Positions 40,968-53,927 of a stretch of DNA of 64,000 nucleotides are shown here, piece after piece; position 1 is the first letter of the stretch; every line of letters starts with the position of its first letter. A program made the position numbers and the translations under genes. The notes beneath the pieces are model-generated. The model made no database searches. It was not told the origin of the DNA and saw nothing but the letters and a program-made list of their open reading frames with translations. This DNA is from Octopus vulgaris (Eukaryota), in assembly GCA_951406725.2 (NCBI GenBank), contig OX597814.1, positions 144,150,001 through 144,214,000 of the forward strand. The letters run 5' to 3'.

Positions 40968-41532
40968 GTCGCTAAAGCGACTGAGGGGCTATTCAGCACC
41001 AGTATTGCTAGAAATAAGTGTCAAACAACTCATAGCCACAATAATGCGCCGTCTTATTTATTGACAAGGAAGGCAAGCTCTCTAAGCACAGGGCGTGGCC
41101 TGATCACCAATGATTCTCGTTTACAGTTATGCTCATCAGTGGCTCCTATCGGCGCCTTGGGTTAAATTCAACTCGCCTTGTCAGCTTATAAGATCACCGT
41201 AGAAATCATACGCTGATTTCATAAATGATAAAGGTGTAAATTATAAATAATAAGGGTGGCTTTTTAGCAATTTTTCAACCGAAAGGCAAAAATATACACG
41301 TTACTAAAGCGATTGAAGGCACTATTCAGCAGTATTATTGCTAGAAATAAGAGTCAAAACAACTCATAGCCACAGTCTGAATGAGGTTGCCTCCCTTGGC
41401 AGTAAATAAGACAGTGGGTTATTGTGGCTATAAATTGTCTTGACTCTTATTTTTAACAATACTGCTGCTTTAGTGACGTATATATTTTTGCCTTTCGGTT
41501 GAAAAATTGCTGACAAGCTATCCTTATTATTC
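40968..41532. repeat. three copies of a ~130-150 bp unit (two direct, one inverted)
   Basis: CTAAAGCGA..ATTGCTAGAAATAAG.GTCAAA.CAACTCATAGCCACA near 40970 and 41300; reverse complement at about 41380-41532. Confidence 0.8.
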
Positions 41533-43050
41533 ATAGACACACACACACATGATGAGTTTCCACAATTTCCGTCTTCCAAATTCACTCACCAGGCATTGGT
41601 ACGTCTGAGACTATACAGGAATACACTTGCCCAAAGTGCCAGCTGGTAGTATTAAACCAGATAGCGGATTAAGTGCAGTGTCTCAGAAGTACCGCCCTTT
41701 TAAAAGTGTCACCGAGGCGAGCTGACCCCCTCGGAACCATTTAGTCACGCTACTGGCTAAGTGTAACTCAGAAGAAAGTCATAGTGGGATTTGACTTGCA
41801 AAAGCTAAAAGCCGGAATTAATACGGCAAGGCTTCCAATCCGACACTGACATAGTTCCGCCAATCTATCTCCTTGGATTGGTACTTCATTTTACCAATCC
41901 TGAAGGAATGTAAGATGCCCCTATTAAATTAAGGCATAGAAAATTGGACCAAATACCGCTAAGTACTGTAGCCGACGTACATAATAGAGATTCGCGTTAA
42001 AGAATAGGTACAGTAACAATGTCGAGATGGAAAAATCCTATGGAAGATAAAATCTTCCACGATTATTCTGTTTTCAGGATCGTGTGATAGCTAGATCGTG
42101 GTATGCTACCCGAAGCAACCCATCACTTTACTGCATCCCACTTCCCGGTCAGTACCACCTATACAGGTTTATGCAGCAGGCCCGAAAATTCTGCCGGGGC
42201 GGAGCACCCTTTTCCTGGCTAAGCTACAGATTCGGGGCTACATTATCCAATGCACCATTTTCCTTAAGATAGTAAGATGTAATATAAGGCAGATTTGGCT
42301 GTTTTCCTAGCAGCTGCTGTGACCGAGTAGAGGTGCCCTCGTTGATTCATATGCTTGCTTAAGAGTTTCAAAGTAAAATGTTTCATAGTCAAGTTAAAAA
42401 TCACACACAAAAGAATCAACTTTGAGAGCCACTATTGTAACTATTATGCTTATAAATCTTAGGAAATGCATTAATTGCAAACCCTCACCCCATTTCTCCC
42501 TATACTAAATCCCTACCTTCTGCTTATAGAAATAGCAAGCAAATCTCTATGAAATCACACTTTCCTAACGATTTAAAGAATGTAACAAAAATGAGAAAAT
42601 ATATATTGGATAAGATAATCCAAGATACCCTATATCTGAAAAAACATAATAAACACACGTGTGGTCACTTAAATATCGTCTTTGATCAATACTTTCGGTC
42701 AGAGCTAACTTGTGTTTCAACATCAACAAAGACATTTAGCGCTAATTATGGAGAGTCAAGCAGAAATTAGACGTACAGTGTTTGACTTTGGATGCTTGCT
42801 TGATATGTATTTCCTTTATAAAATAATTAAGGTTTTTCTTCCAATTTTTCTTTTTTTTCTTCTTTTTATGCGTTTTTCTATTATATTTCCCACGAAGTAG
42901 GATGATGATATTAAACTAGGAAATGATCTATGCGAAAGAATCGTGTGTTTGCGCCAGTGTCTGAGTAAACTGATAATTACAGTCGCAATACATTTAGAAA
43001 ACAAAGAGAAAAGACAGAAATAAATATATTTAGTTACGATCTGTTGTTGT

Positions 43051-43300
43051 GGAGGCGCGTGGCTTAGTGGTTAGGGTGTCAGCATCACGATCGTAAGATT
43101 GTGGTTTCGATTCTTGGACAGGGCGACGCCTTGTGTTCTTGAGCAAAACACTTCATTTCACGTTGCTCCAGTCCACTCAGCTGGCAAAAATGAGTAATTC
43201 TGCGATGGACTGGCGTCCCATCCAGCTGGGGAACACATATGCCACAAAAACCGATAAACCGGGCCCATAAGCCTGGCCAGGCTTTAAAAGGGCGCATTTA
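43051..43300 (+). mobile_element. tRNA-derived SINE, family C
   Basis: A box TGGCTTAGTGG, B-box-like GTTTCGATTC, CORE-like GTGTTCTTGAGCAAAACACTT, then CTGCGATGGACTGGCGTCCCATCCAG; second copy on minus strand at 59801-60043. Confidence 0.85.
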
Positions 43301-43832
43301 TTTTTATAATTTTATTAGCTGTTGTTAGATAGTCAGCATCGTACAAACAAAATTATGAAGAATCCAATACCCGTTGTGGAATAAATATTTTTTCTATTGC
43401 AATGGTGATTATGGGGAAGACAATCAAAGAGTAGGTACTGAGTTCAAATTCCGCGGAAGTCAACACTGCGTTTCGACCCTTCGGAGTCGATAAAATAAAG
43501 TTCTAGTCAAGTACTGGGCCAATGCTATTGAATAACCTTCCCCCTTCAAAATCGCTGGCATTATGGCAAGTTAGAAAGAATTCTGATTAGGGTGATGGGT
43601 TAATACAATTACAAGAGCATTGGAAAATGTTTAGCAATAACCGTGCCAGATCTTTGTGATGAGTTCAAATATCACCGAGATCAATTTTCCTTTCCATCGC
43701 TTTGGGGTCATAAAAATGAAGTTCCAGTCAATTACTGAGCGGATGTAATCGACTTACTCCTTCTTCCAAAACTTAGCTGGCTCTGTGTCAAAATTTGAAA
43801 ACATATTTTTTACATGTTTATTATTACATACA

Positions 43833-43944
<112 letters not shown>

Positions 43945-43977
43945 CAAAGGATAAATGATTATTTTATGAACTTCATT

Positions 43978-44062
43978 AGCTACAGCTGTTTCCACTATTA
44001 GATGTGGTAGACTCGACTCATAGTTGAGTACCTTAGTAACACCGTATAGTTTCATCGGAGCC
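43978..44062 (-). ncRNA. type I hammerhead ribozyme motif (CCGATGA core variant, long stem II insert)
   Basis: Minus strand GCT-CCGATGA-A-ACTAT..ATAGT-G-GAA-ACAGCTGT-A-GC; perfect palindrome ACAGCUGU as stem III; island between (TA)n tracts. Confidence 0.6.
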
Positions 44063-44092
44063 TCAAACATGAAGCGTGTGCGCGTGTGTATG

Positions 44093-44178
<86 letters not shown>

Positions 44179-44710
44179 AAGCGGCAATCTAGCAGAATTG
44201 TTTCCAGGCAGATTAAAAAAAGACTGCTTAGCGGCATTTTTCTTTTCCAACTTTACGTTCTGAGTTCAAATCCCACCAGGGTCGATGTAATCATCATAGT
44301 CCATCACCCGAAATTACTGGCATAATAACAAACACACAAGATAAGAAACTAACACACAGACACACATATGTAAATGCGCGTGTGTGTGTGTGTGTGTGTT
44401 ACTGACAGTAGCTATTAAATTCATAATTGCAGATGCAGTACTTACAGAAGTCAGCGTGAAAAATCGAAAATAATTAAAATATAGACAAAAACATGCTTGC
44501 AGCAAACAGACGGTTTAGTATTACTACGTTAACTGAAGATGAGACATAAATTGCAGTATCATCATGGTGAAACTGAGTTGATTGTTACATGGAATTCTAA
44601 TATCAACATGGCATTTTAATCAACACCGCTATCATATTTTCATCAGCATATATATACTATTCATACACCTGCCTTAGTCTTTAGTTTTTCTGTAAATTTC
44701 ATCTATATAC

Positions 44711-44754
<44 letters not shown>

Positions 44755-44757
44755 GAA

Positions 44758-44985
44758 AAGGCGGCGAGCTGGCAGAATTGTTAGCACGCCGGGCGAAATG
44801 CGTAACCGTATTTCGTCTGCCGTTACGTTCTGCGTTCAAATTCCGCCGAGTCCGACATTGCCTTTCATCCGGGGTCGATAAATTAAGTACCAGTTACGCA
44901 CTGGGCTCAATGTAATCGACTTAATCCCTTTGTCTGTCCTTGTTTGTCCTCTCTGTGTTTAGCCTCTTGTGGGTAGTAAAGAAAA
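44758..44985 (+). mobile_element. full-length family A SINE
   Basis: AAGGCGGCGAGCTGGCAGAATTGTTAG head to GTAGTAAAGAAAAA tail. Confidence 0.9.
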
Positions 44986-45065
44986 AAAAAAAATATTTAT
45001 ATATATATATATACTGTCCTCAATATGTATATGAAGAAACATATAAATATGTATGTATAAATACA

Positions 45066-45125
<60 letters not shown>

Positions 45126-45464
45126 TTATATGAATAATATTTAGACTATGGACTAAATTTTTACACGCTAGGCTACTGGTAATGGAAATTTCTAATATTT
45201 CAGATTTCTCTTTGATATTATTAATTATTGATATATATGTATGTATATATATATATACATATATATATCATTCTTTTTTCTTGTATATTTGTTTCAGTCA
45301 TTTGACTGCGGCCATGGTGGAACACCACCTTTAGTCGAACAAAGCGACCCAGGACTTATTCTTTGTAAGCCTACTATTTATTTTATCGGTCTCTTTTGCC
45401 GAACCGTTAAGTTACGGGGACGTAAACACACCAGCATCTGTTGTGAAGCGATGGTGGACACACG

Positions 45465-45495
<31 letters not shown>

Positions 45496-45543
45496 GTGTG
45501 TGTGTGTATGTATATATATATATATATGATATATATATATATG

Positions 45544-45605
<62 letters not shown>

Positions 45606-45887
45606 CATACACACACACACAAACTCACACCGACACGAGTAAACACATTTATGCAAAACTTAGGTGCAAAACTAGCACTTGAATACCGTAAGTAGAGTAC
45701 CATACTTTTATTAAAGGTGCAGAACTCTTTACAATCTATTACTCAAAGTAATGTGAAACACTGAGTAAAAGTTTCTGTAGATTGTTTTCACTTTTGACGG
45801 TCTTCTCAGGGGAACGATAGGACTGAACCCTTTACGATGGTTGTGAACTGTCCAGCTCGGGATAAAAGTGCAGAGTATAATGAGTAT

Positions 45888-46280
45888 CGCGGCTGTGTGG
45901 TATGAAGTTTGCTTCCCAAACACATGGTTTCGGGCTCAGTCCCACTACGTGACACCTTGGGCAGGTGTCTTCTACTGTGGCCTCGGTCCGAGCAAGCCTT
46001 GTCAGTGGATTTGGTAGGCGGAAACTGAAAGAAGCCCGTCGTATATACATATATATATATATGTGTGTGTGTGTATGTATGTCAGTGTTTGGACCCCCAC
46101 CACCACCACAATCGCTTGATAACTGACGTTGTTGTGCTTAGGTCCCTGCAACTTAGCGGTTCTGCAAAAGAGAACGATAGAATACGTACTAAACTTTCAA
46201 AGAATAAGCCCTGGAGTCAATTTGTTTGACTAAATGCGGTGCTCCAACGTGGCCGCAGTCAAATGACTGAAACAACTAAT
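45888..46280 (+). mobile_element. family B SINE
   Basis: Head, CORE-like block, internal (TA)/(TG) tract, tail GGCCGCAGTCAAATGACTGAAAC. Confidence 0.88.
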
Positions 46281-46360
46281 AGAATACTTACACACAAGCA
46301 CACACTCACATACACACACATACATATATACACATATATATTTGCACACATATGTGTGTG

Positions 46361-46393
<33 letters not shown>

Positions 46394-46421
46394 ATATATA
46401 TATATGTTTGTGTGTGTGTGT

Positions 46422-46469
<48 letters not shown>

Positions 46470-47295
46470 GTATGTATATATATATATACACACACAGTAT
46501 GTGTGTGAAACAGAAACGCCGGGTGGTACTTGCTGCAATGCATTTAATCGTAAGGGAGCTCGATGCATGTGATAACCAGTAATTTCTAAGTGGTCGTTCG
46601 AACTGCTAGAAACTCTAGTCAGGTTTCTCATATATTGTTCGAAGCGTCCTTAACAACACATCAGATGAAGTTTCTAACAGGAAAGAGTGGCTGATAAAAC
46701 TATTGATAGATACGGTTGTAATCATGGATGATGAGCAAATTTAAAACAACGAATGAAAAAAGAAGGCAAACTAGTAATAGAAACCAGTAGCAAAATAGAT
46801 AACAGCATTGATTACAAACAACAATAGCAGCTACAATAACAATAACAATGATAATAATCTTTAATACGGGTACAAGGCCCGACATTTTGCGGGAGGTGGC
46901 TATTCGATTACCTCGAACGCAGTCGATCCCGAGGCGATGAAAAGCAGAGTCGACCTCTCCGGAATTTGAACTCTAAACGTAAAGCCCAACGACATCCTGT
47001 GAAGCGTTTTCTTCGCCATGGTAACGGTTCTGCCAGCATGCCACATTTAAGGCAACTATAATAATGGTTTCAAAGTTTGGTACAAGGCCAGCAATTTTGA
47101 GGCAGGTGGGGGGGGGGGGTAAATTGATTACATAGACCCCCAGTGATCAACTGGTATATATTTTATCTACTACGAAAGGATGAATGACAAAAATCGATCT
47201 CGGTGGAATTTGAACTCAGAGCGCAAAGACGGACGAAATGCCGCGAAGCATTTCGCCCAGCGTGCTAACAATTCTGCCAGTTCACCGCCTTGACC

Positions 47296-47357
<62 letters not shown>

Positions 47358-47400
47358 CGGGTTTCAGCATCCGGTGGCTGGTCTGCTTTTCATCAGGTGG
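47358..47400 (-). ncRNA. truncated hammerhead ribozyme motif
   Basis: Minus strand CCAC-CTGATGA-AA-AGCA..TGCT-GAAA-CCCG, then (ATT)n; stem III, cleavage triplet and 3' strand of stem I missing. Confidence 0.5.
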
Positions 47401-47488
47401 TGCTATTAAGTTAGACATGGCCTGGACCAATCTTTGGTCGAAACATATCTAAGTTTATCTAAGTTTATCTAATAATAATAATAATAAC

Positions 47489-47532
<44 letters not shown>

Positions 47533-47711
47533 TAATAATAACACCTTGGTAACAACAATAGTAATAACATTATAAAATTAAAAGGACAGCAAAATAACAG
47601 CAACGTCAACAACGATAATAACAAACTACTATAACAATACATGCGGCAACAGCGAGTAAGAGAAATAATTAGCTAAAAACACCAACAGTAGCAATAACAA
47701 CTGCAATAAAA

Positions 47712-48311
47712 TTTTTCTACTATAGGTATAAGACCTGAAATTTTGGGATCTCCTGTGTTTCACTGGTATTCAATTTATCGATCCCGAAAAGATGAAAGAC
47801 AAAGTCGACCTTGGCGGAATTTAAACACAGAACGCAAAGACAGACGAAATACCGCAAAGCATTTCGCTCGGCGTGCTAACGATTCTTATTTCTTTATTGC
47901 CCACAAGGTGCTAAACATAGAGGGGACAAATAAGGAAAGACAAAGGGATTAAGTCGATTAGATCGACCCCTGTGCGTAACTGGTACTTAATTTATCGACC
48001 CCGAAAGGATGAAAGGCAAAGTCCACCTCGGTGGAATTTGAACTCAGAACGTAGCGCCAGACGAAATACCTATTTCTTTATTGCCCACAAGGGGCTAAAC
48101 ATAGAGGGGACAAATAAGGACAGGCAGACAGACAAAAGGATTAAGTCGATTACATTGACTCCAGTGCGTAACTGGTACTTAATTTATCGACCCCGAAAGG
48201 ATTAAAGGCAAAGTCGACCTCGGCGGAATTTGAACTCAGAACGTAACGGCAGACGAAATGCCGCAAAGCACCTCGCCCGGCGTGCTAACGTTTCCATCAG
48301 CTCGCCGCCTT
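47712..48311 (-). mobile_element. family A SINE tandem trimer
   Basis: Three bodies head-to-tail. Confidence 0.88.
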
Positions 48312-48832
48312 GACAACAACAATAATATTAACTACACCAGCGAAATAAGAAATCAATATCAACATGAACAGCAAAAGCAACAACAACCAAAAATGCAGTA
48401 ATAACATCAAAAACAATGAATTGCAATAACAACCACCGTCATCACAATACCAGCTGTCATCAATTACGTATCTGCAGCGGAAGAAATAAAAGAAGAAAAA
48501 AACAGTGTTTTCGTGTTTTATTAATATCAGATTCTATAAATTGTTACTTCACCTCTGATCTTGCTATACACCAACTGTGTATGGAACAGAGGATGTAGGA
48601 GGGGGTAGAGAAAACAGAAGGGGAGACGGACCGGAAATATGACAAGGTAAGGGAAATTTGTTGGAAACGTTTAAAACGGCCTCTCTTTTCCTTTCCCTTC
48701 CTAGCTGCAAATAGTTTCTATCTATTTTTTTTTACCATACATATATACAAGCATACATATACAAGCATACATATATACATATGGACAAATACAAACACAT
48801 AATAGATGTATGTATGTATGTATGTATGTATG

Positions 48833-48866
<34 letters not shown>

Positions 48867-48928
48867 TGTATGTATATATATATATATATATATATATACA
48901 TACACACACACAAACACATATATGTATG

Positions 48929-48991
<63 letters not shown>

Positions 48992-49016
48992 TTTATTTAA
49001 AGCTGTTTTGTTAAAA

Positions 49017-49054
49017 CCGTCTGACGAACGGGAACGTGAAACTCTGAGTAACAG
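49017..49054 (+). ncRNA. minimal type I hammerhead ribozyme with canonical core
   Basis: CCGT-CTGACGA-ACG-GGAA-CGT-GAA-ACTC-T-GAGT-A-ACAG; GNRA-capped stem II; GUA cleavage triplet ending at 49050; one mismatch in stem I. Confidence 0.8.
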
Positions 49055-49156
49055 CTTTCGTTAAATTTCTGCTGCTTTTAAATAAAGCATATTACTCTAC
49101 CTCCGGTATTTGAGTACTCTTTTTCCCACCTTGTTTCATATTTATGTGCTTACTTC

Positions 49157-49370
<214 letters not shown>

Positions 49371-49762
49371 TTATGATCAAGGGAATGTAGATTTTTCCAT
49401 ATCTATAATTTTACTAAACAGTTAAATGCAACATTCTAGTACTTACTCTACGGAAACTATGCAGTCCTGAATAGGACACTCGGATTTACCAAGCGAGAAT
49501 AATTACCAGAGACAAGCAACTTATTGTTAACTTCGGTATCACCAAAGTTTCCCTGTGGTTAGCCTGTATATAAAACCGGTTTAAGACGAAATACAGTAAT
49601 CGCCAGCATTATATATCCCTTTAAACTCATTTGTATCTTCTATAATACAGTTCTATAATACAGTTCTTCTATAATACAGTTCTATATTTAAGAGATGAGG
49701 AATTATGTACATTCTTTACTTTATTTACATTTGACAGATATTTGTCCTCATCTTGTTTGTTG

Positions 49763-49810
49763 TTAACACAACATTTCGGCTGATATACCCTCCAGCCTTC
49801 ATCAGGTACC
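49763..49810 (-). ncRNA. type I hammerhead ribozyme motif (left arm of inverted pair)
   Basis: Minus strand GGTAC-CTGATGA-A-GGCTG-GAGGGTATAT-CAGCC-GAAA-TGT-T-GTGTT. Confidence 0.7.
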
Positions 49811-49902
49811 TGGGGGAAATTTCGAACCTGGGTTCTCATTCCTAAGGTATTTTTTCGATGTAAATATTATTATTATTGTTGTTGTTGTTATTCCAGGCAG
49901 TG

Positions 49903-49972
<70 letters not shown>

Positions 49973-49990
49973 CAATAACAATAATAATAA

Positions 49991-50036
49991 AGCACCTGAT
50001 GACGGCAGAACAGTTTTTCAGCCGAAACGTTGTGTT
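49991..50036 (+). ncRNA. type I hammerhead ribozyme motif (right arm of inverted pair)
   Basis: AGCAC-CTGATGA-C-GGCAGAA..TTCAGCC-GAA-ACGT-T-GTGTT; stem I AGCAC/GUGUU. Confidence 0.75.
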
Positions 50037-50604
50037 AAAAACAAACAAGATGAGGACAAATATCCGTCAAATGTTAATAATGTAAATAATGTGAATCTTC
50101 CATGTGTCAACATGTATCTCCTTGCCACAATGTAAACTTTCATTTAATCAAGATATCCATGGCTTGAAGAGTAGCGTGCGGTATACACCTCCCTTGGAAA
50201 TTTACCACTTCCGACGTTCCGCTCGCTCTGAAACATATGTAGCCCGGATCTTATCTACTCCATTCCTTAACCCTTGTATTCTTATTAGAATACTCGGCAA
50301 CCCTGGTTGCCTACCGTGAAATATAAAAATAACTTTTTTCAATTTATCGTAGTTCAATAAAAAAAAATCTACAACCTTCCGTCTCAATAAACCACAGAAA
50401 ATAAACCCTAAAAGTTATTTTTAAAAATATTTACTGCAGTTTGCTTGAATCTTATAATTACACACACATATATATATACATACACACAGAGAGGGTGTTC
50501 GGGCTAAATTTGAATATTTATAGACTTTCGAAGTCAATGACCTAAGTAAATAGAACATACACTTCTATATAGTCAATTCCGTTTAATTGACTATATTTAT
50601 ATTC

Positions 50605-50990
50605 TACCTGCGGCCATATTGGGGCATCGCCTTGAAGATTGTTTTTAAATCGAACAAATTGACTCTAAGACTTCTTTTTTTCAACTTATTCTACCGGTAA
50701 CTTCTGCCGAACCACTGAGTTACAGAGACGTAAACACATCAATACTGGTTGTCAAAAGTGGTGAAGGGGACGAACACAAACACAAACACATACACACAGA
50801 AGCACACACTCACACATACATACATACACACACATATATACTTCTTTCAGTTTCCGTCCACCAAAGCCACCCACAAGGCTTTGGTCGGTCCAAGGCTATA
50901 GTAGATGACACGTGCCCAAGGTTCCATGCAGTGAGACTGAACCATGAACCATGTGGTTGGGAAGCAAGTTTCTTACCAGACAATCACATA
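50605..50990 (-). mobile_element. family B SINE
   Basis: Reverse complement of family B with internal (CA) tract. Confidence 0.82.
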
Positions 50991-51979
50991 GAACGTCCCC
51001 ATAGTGTAATATACAATCGATTCCTACTCGACAGACCGAATTTAGTTATACGATAACTGCATAATTGTTCAAAATACAGCACCATTTCGCATCAGCTCCA
51101 TGGAAAATAAACCCACAAATTGCTCAAGTAGTTAAGTACTTTTATTACGAGTTTAAGAAATAGTTTCCAATTTAAGAGAATTAATTGGTAAAATGCAGCA
51201 TTAAGCTAAGAATTCATTTAACTGATATGATGTCTATCTGGATAGTTTTGTCTTGATGGTACGTTGAAATGAGCAGTTAAGTACCTCATTTTTAGAAACG
51301 ACTAATTCATTCAAATGTATTCAAATTATTCTTACCTTTTCAATGAATTCAAGACTATCAAATTCAGACTCCAGTGTAGTTTTTATCCATTCTTTTTCGT
51401 TGCGTAATTAACATTCTTGAGTAATTAAATCTACATTATAGCTACAATTTGTAAAACAATATTTCTTTAAAAAAAGAAGAGATGCATGGACGCCATTTTG
51501 TTTTCCGTGTTATTGGCTATATTAGTTTGTGATTGGACTATTTAAATATTTTAACCGCATTACCGATCATGTCAACGTTGCGTAATTCACAGTGTGATGA
51601 AAGTGACTGTCGGGACGTATGAATAAGATTAAGTTAGGTAGTCAAAGAATATTATGAGGAACTGAAAAACCAAATAGGAAACAATTCAAGCGATCATGCT
51701 GATACATATCAGTACAACAAGTAACAGCACAATAGGTAACTACGATGTACATAGTTGTTGTCTTAATGAACAGTTAATGCTGTTACTGAGCTTGAAGTTA
51801 TCTCATGTGTCACCTGGCCTTAAATCAGAAGTTATCCCAGAAGGGGGTAATGGTGAAATATAACCAGATAGGAGTCAACTACAAAGTTATTATAGCAACC
51901 TGTTAATCTAATGATAATCCAAACTGAAAACAAAGTAAAGATGCTGGTGGGAGAAAACATTATTCTAATGTTCAACAAC

Positions 51980-52495
51980 ACCACGTATAGAGCTGGGTTA
52001 ATACAGTGGGAGAACAGTAAGGGCTTTAGATAAAGAAGTGTTGAACTCTACAAATGCATGAGTGTCTCAAAGAAAATGCGATATAACATCAAACAGACGA
52101 AAAGAAAAATTGTCGTGGTTAGAGATATGCAACTCATAACTAGACTCATACAGTATTACTTCGTATTGTACACATTTACAACGCTGTTGATTTCTATAAT
52201 GCAGACGAAACTAGATAACCTTAAGCAGCTAGTGGAAGCAAAGGTGCATAGATTAAAATTATAAGAAAATAATGGGAAAAAAATTAAAATAAAATAAAAT
52301 TACCGCTGGCAGGGAAAAGGAAAGATTATAGGCGCAGGCGTGGCTGTGTGGTAAAAAGTTTGATTTCCAGCATATAGTTTCGTGTTCAGTCTCACTATGT
52401 GGCATCTGGGGCAAGTCTCTTCTACTTTAGCCTCAGGCCGACCAAAGCCTTGTGAGTGGATTTGGTAGATAGAAACTAGAAGTTCGTCGTATATA

Positions 52496-52542
<47 letters not shown>

Positions 52543-53070
52543 CACGTCTTTCTGTATGTGTTTGACCCCACCAAAGCTTGACAACTAGTTTTGGTGTGTT
52601 TACGTGCGTGTAACTTAGTGGTTCGGCAAAGAGACCGATAGCATAAGTACCAGGCTATACAAAAATATAACAAGTATTGAGGTCGATTCGTTCGACTAGA
52701 ATTCTTGAAGGTGGTTCCCCAGCATGTCCGCTGTCTGATGACTAAAACTAGAAAAAATTATCCAAAGGCTTCCGTGAAATCCCGATTGCATAGACTTATA
52801 AAAAAGCAGCAAGTCAATTTGGAAGGCTGTAGAGATAGTTACCACTTGGCTGAGGTAATCTAATAAACATGCAGCTCAAAAGGGGAATGGTGCATTGCTT
52901 GCAGACATTTGCACAATCTACCCAGTTGTAAAACATATACAAGTCGAACTGACCATTCCACCAACAAACGCAACATCAGTAATTCGAGCATACATCCTAA
53001 GCATTATAAAAGCTGTCAAAGCGTTATAAAGCAGAAGCTTGGTCAGAAAGTTGATTCTTATAATTGCTAA
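51980..53070 (+). pseudogene. degraded pogo/Tigger (DDE_1) transposase remnant, interrupted by a family B SINE
   Basis: DFYNADET near 52189-52212; SKSIWKAVEIVTTWLR near 52810; LLADICTIYPVVKHIQVELTIPPTNATSVIRAYILSIIKAVKAL*SRSLVRKLI near 52895-53060, matching Tigger YNADET, KAWMT..F..WL and LLLDN..P..FLPPNTTS..GII..K..Y...LVR motifs. Confidence 0.65.
52331..52755 (+). mobile_element. family B SINE
   Basis: GGCGCAGGCGTGGCTGTGTGGTAA head, internal (TG)n, tail. Confidence 0.88.
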
Positions 53071-53355
53071 AAACTGGATATAATCCTCAAATCACAAAAT
53101 CAAGGAGCAATCTTCGGATGCCTTCACTCAACAATAGTTTTCAAAAGGTTGGTTTATGCCAATATAAACGGGTGTAGAAGAATTAGCTGTGGTGATCGCT
53201 CTTGCTGTCTGGAGAGTTACAGGATCTCAAGAGTGGAAGAACTTAGCCGTCTCGTTTTAAAATGGTGACAACGCAAGATCTACAAATAATAATGGTTTCA
53301 GATTTTGGCACAAGGCCAACAAGGAAGTCGATTACATCGATCCCAGTAAAATCGT

Positions 53356-53685
53356 AAGGGTAAAGATCCCATTCGGTCATGAATGACTACGGGTTTGCAC
53401 CTAGAAAGTTACCTTCCCAAGCGCAAGTCTGGGCAAGGTTGATTATGAAAGATCAGCTTACCATGTATACCAGCCTCCCCTCTCCACGGCACCGATTTTA
53501 TCGAAAGGAAAGGCAAAGGCAGACACAGCTTAGCAACAGTAACGTCACGACTCATTTCTACAGCTGAGAGCAACGTGAAATAAAGTGTCTTGCTCAAGAG
53601 CATAGCAGACAGCCTGGTTCCAGAATCGAACTCACTACCTGATAATTTTGAACCCAAAGCTCTAACCACTGAGCCATGTGCCTTC
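53356..53685 (-). mobile_element. family D SINE
   Basis: Homologous to 55411-55751. Confidence 0.85.
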
Positions 53686-53894
53686 AAAAAGCATTTGGTT
53701 GATGTTTCATATTATCAACCCCCACCTGGAAAAAAAGGTAACCTTGACGGTATTTGAAATTAGAACGGGGACAACCGGACTGCATGCCACTAATGGTTTT
53801 GTTCGACGTTCTAGCAATTCTGCCAGCTTGCCGTCTTTGATTTAAGAAATAACTGATAGCATATGATGATTATGACAACGACGACGACGACGAC

Positions 53895-53927
<33 letters not shown>

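Noticed and set aside
43051-43125. SINE heads as genuine tRNA genes
   Set aside because: A/B boxes are present but run into conserved SINE bodies in multiple diverged copies; no complete cloverleaf
44529-44585. CTGAAGA..GAAACTGAGT as a hammerhead
   Set aside because: Stem II is out of register and stem I does not pair; at best a decayed relic
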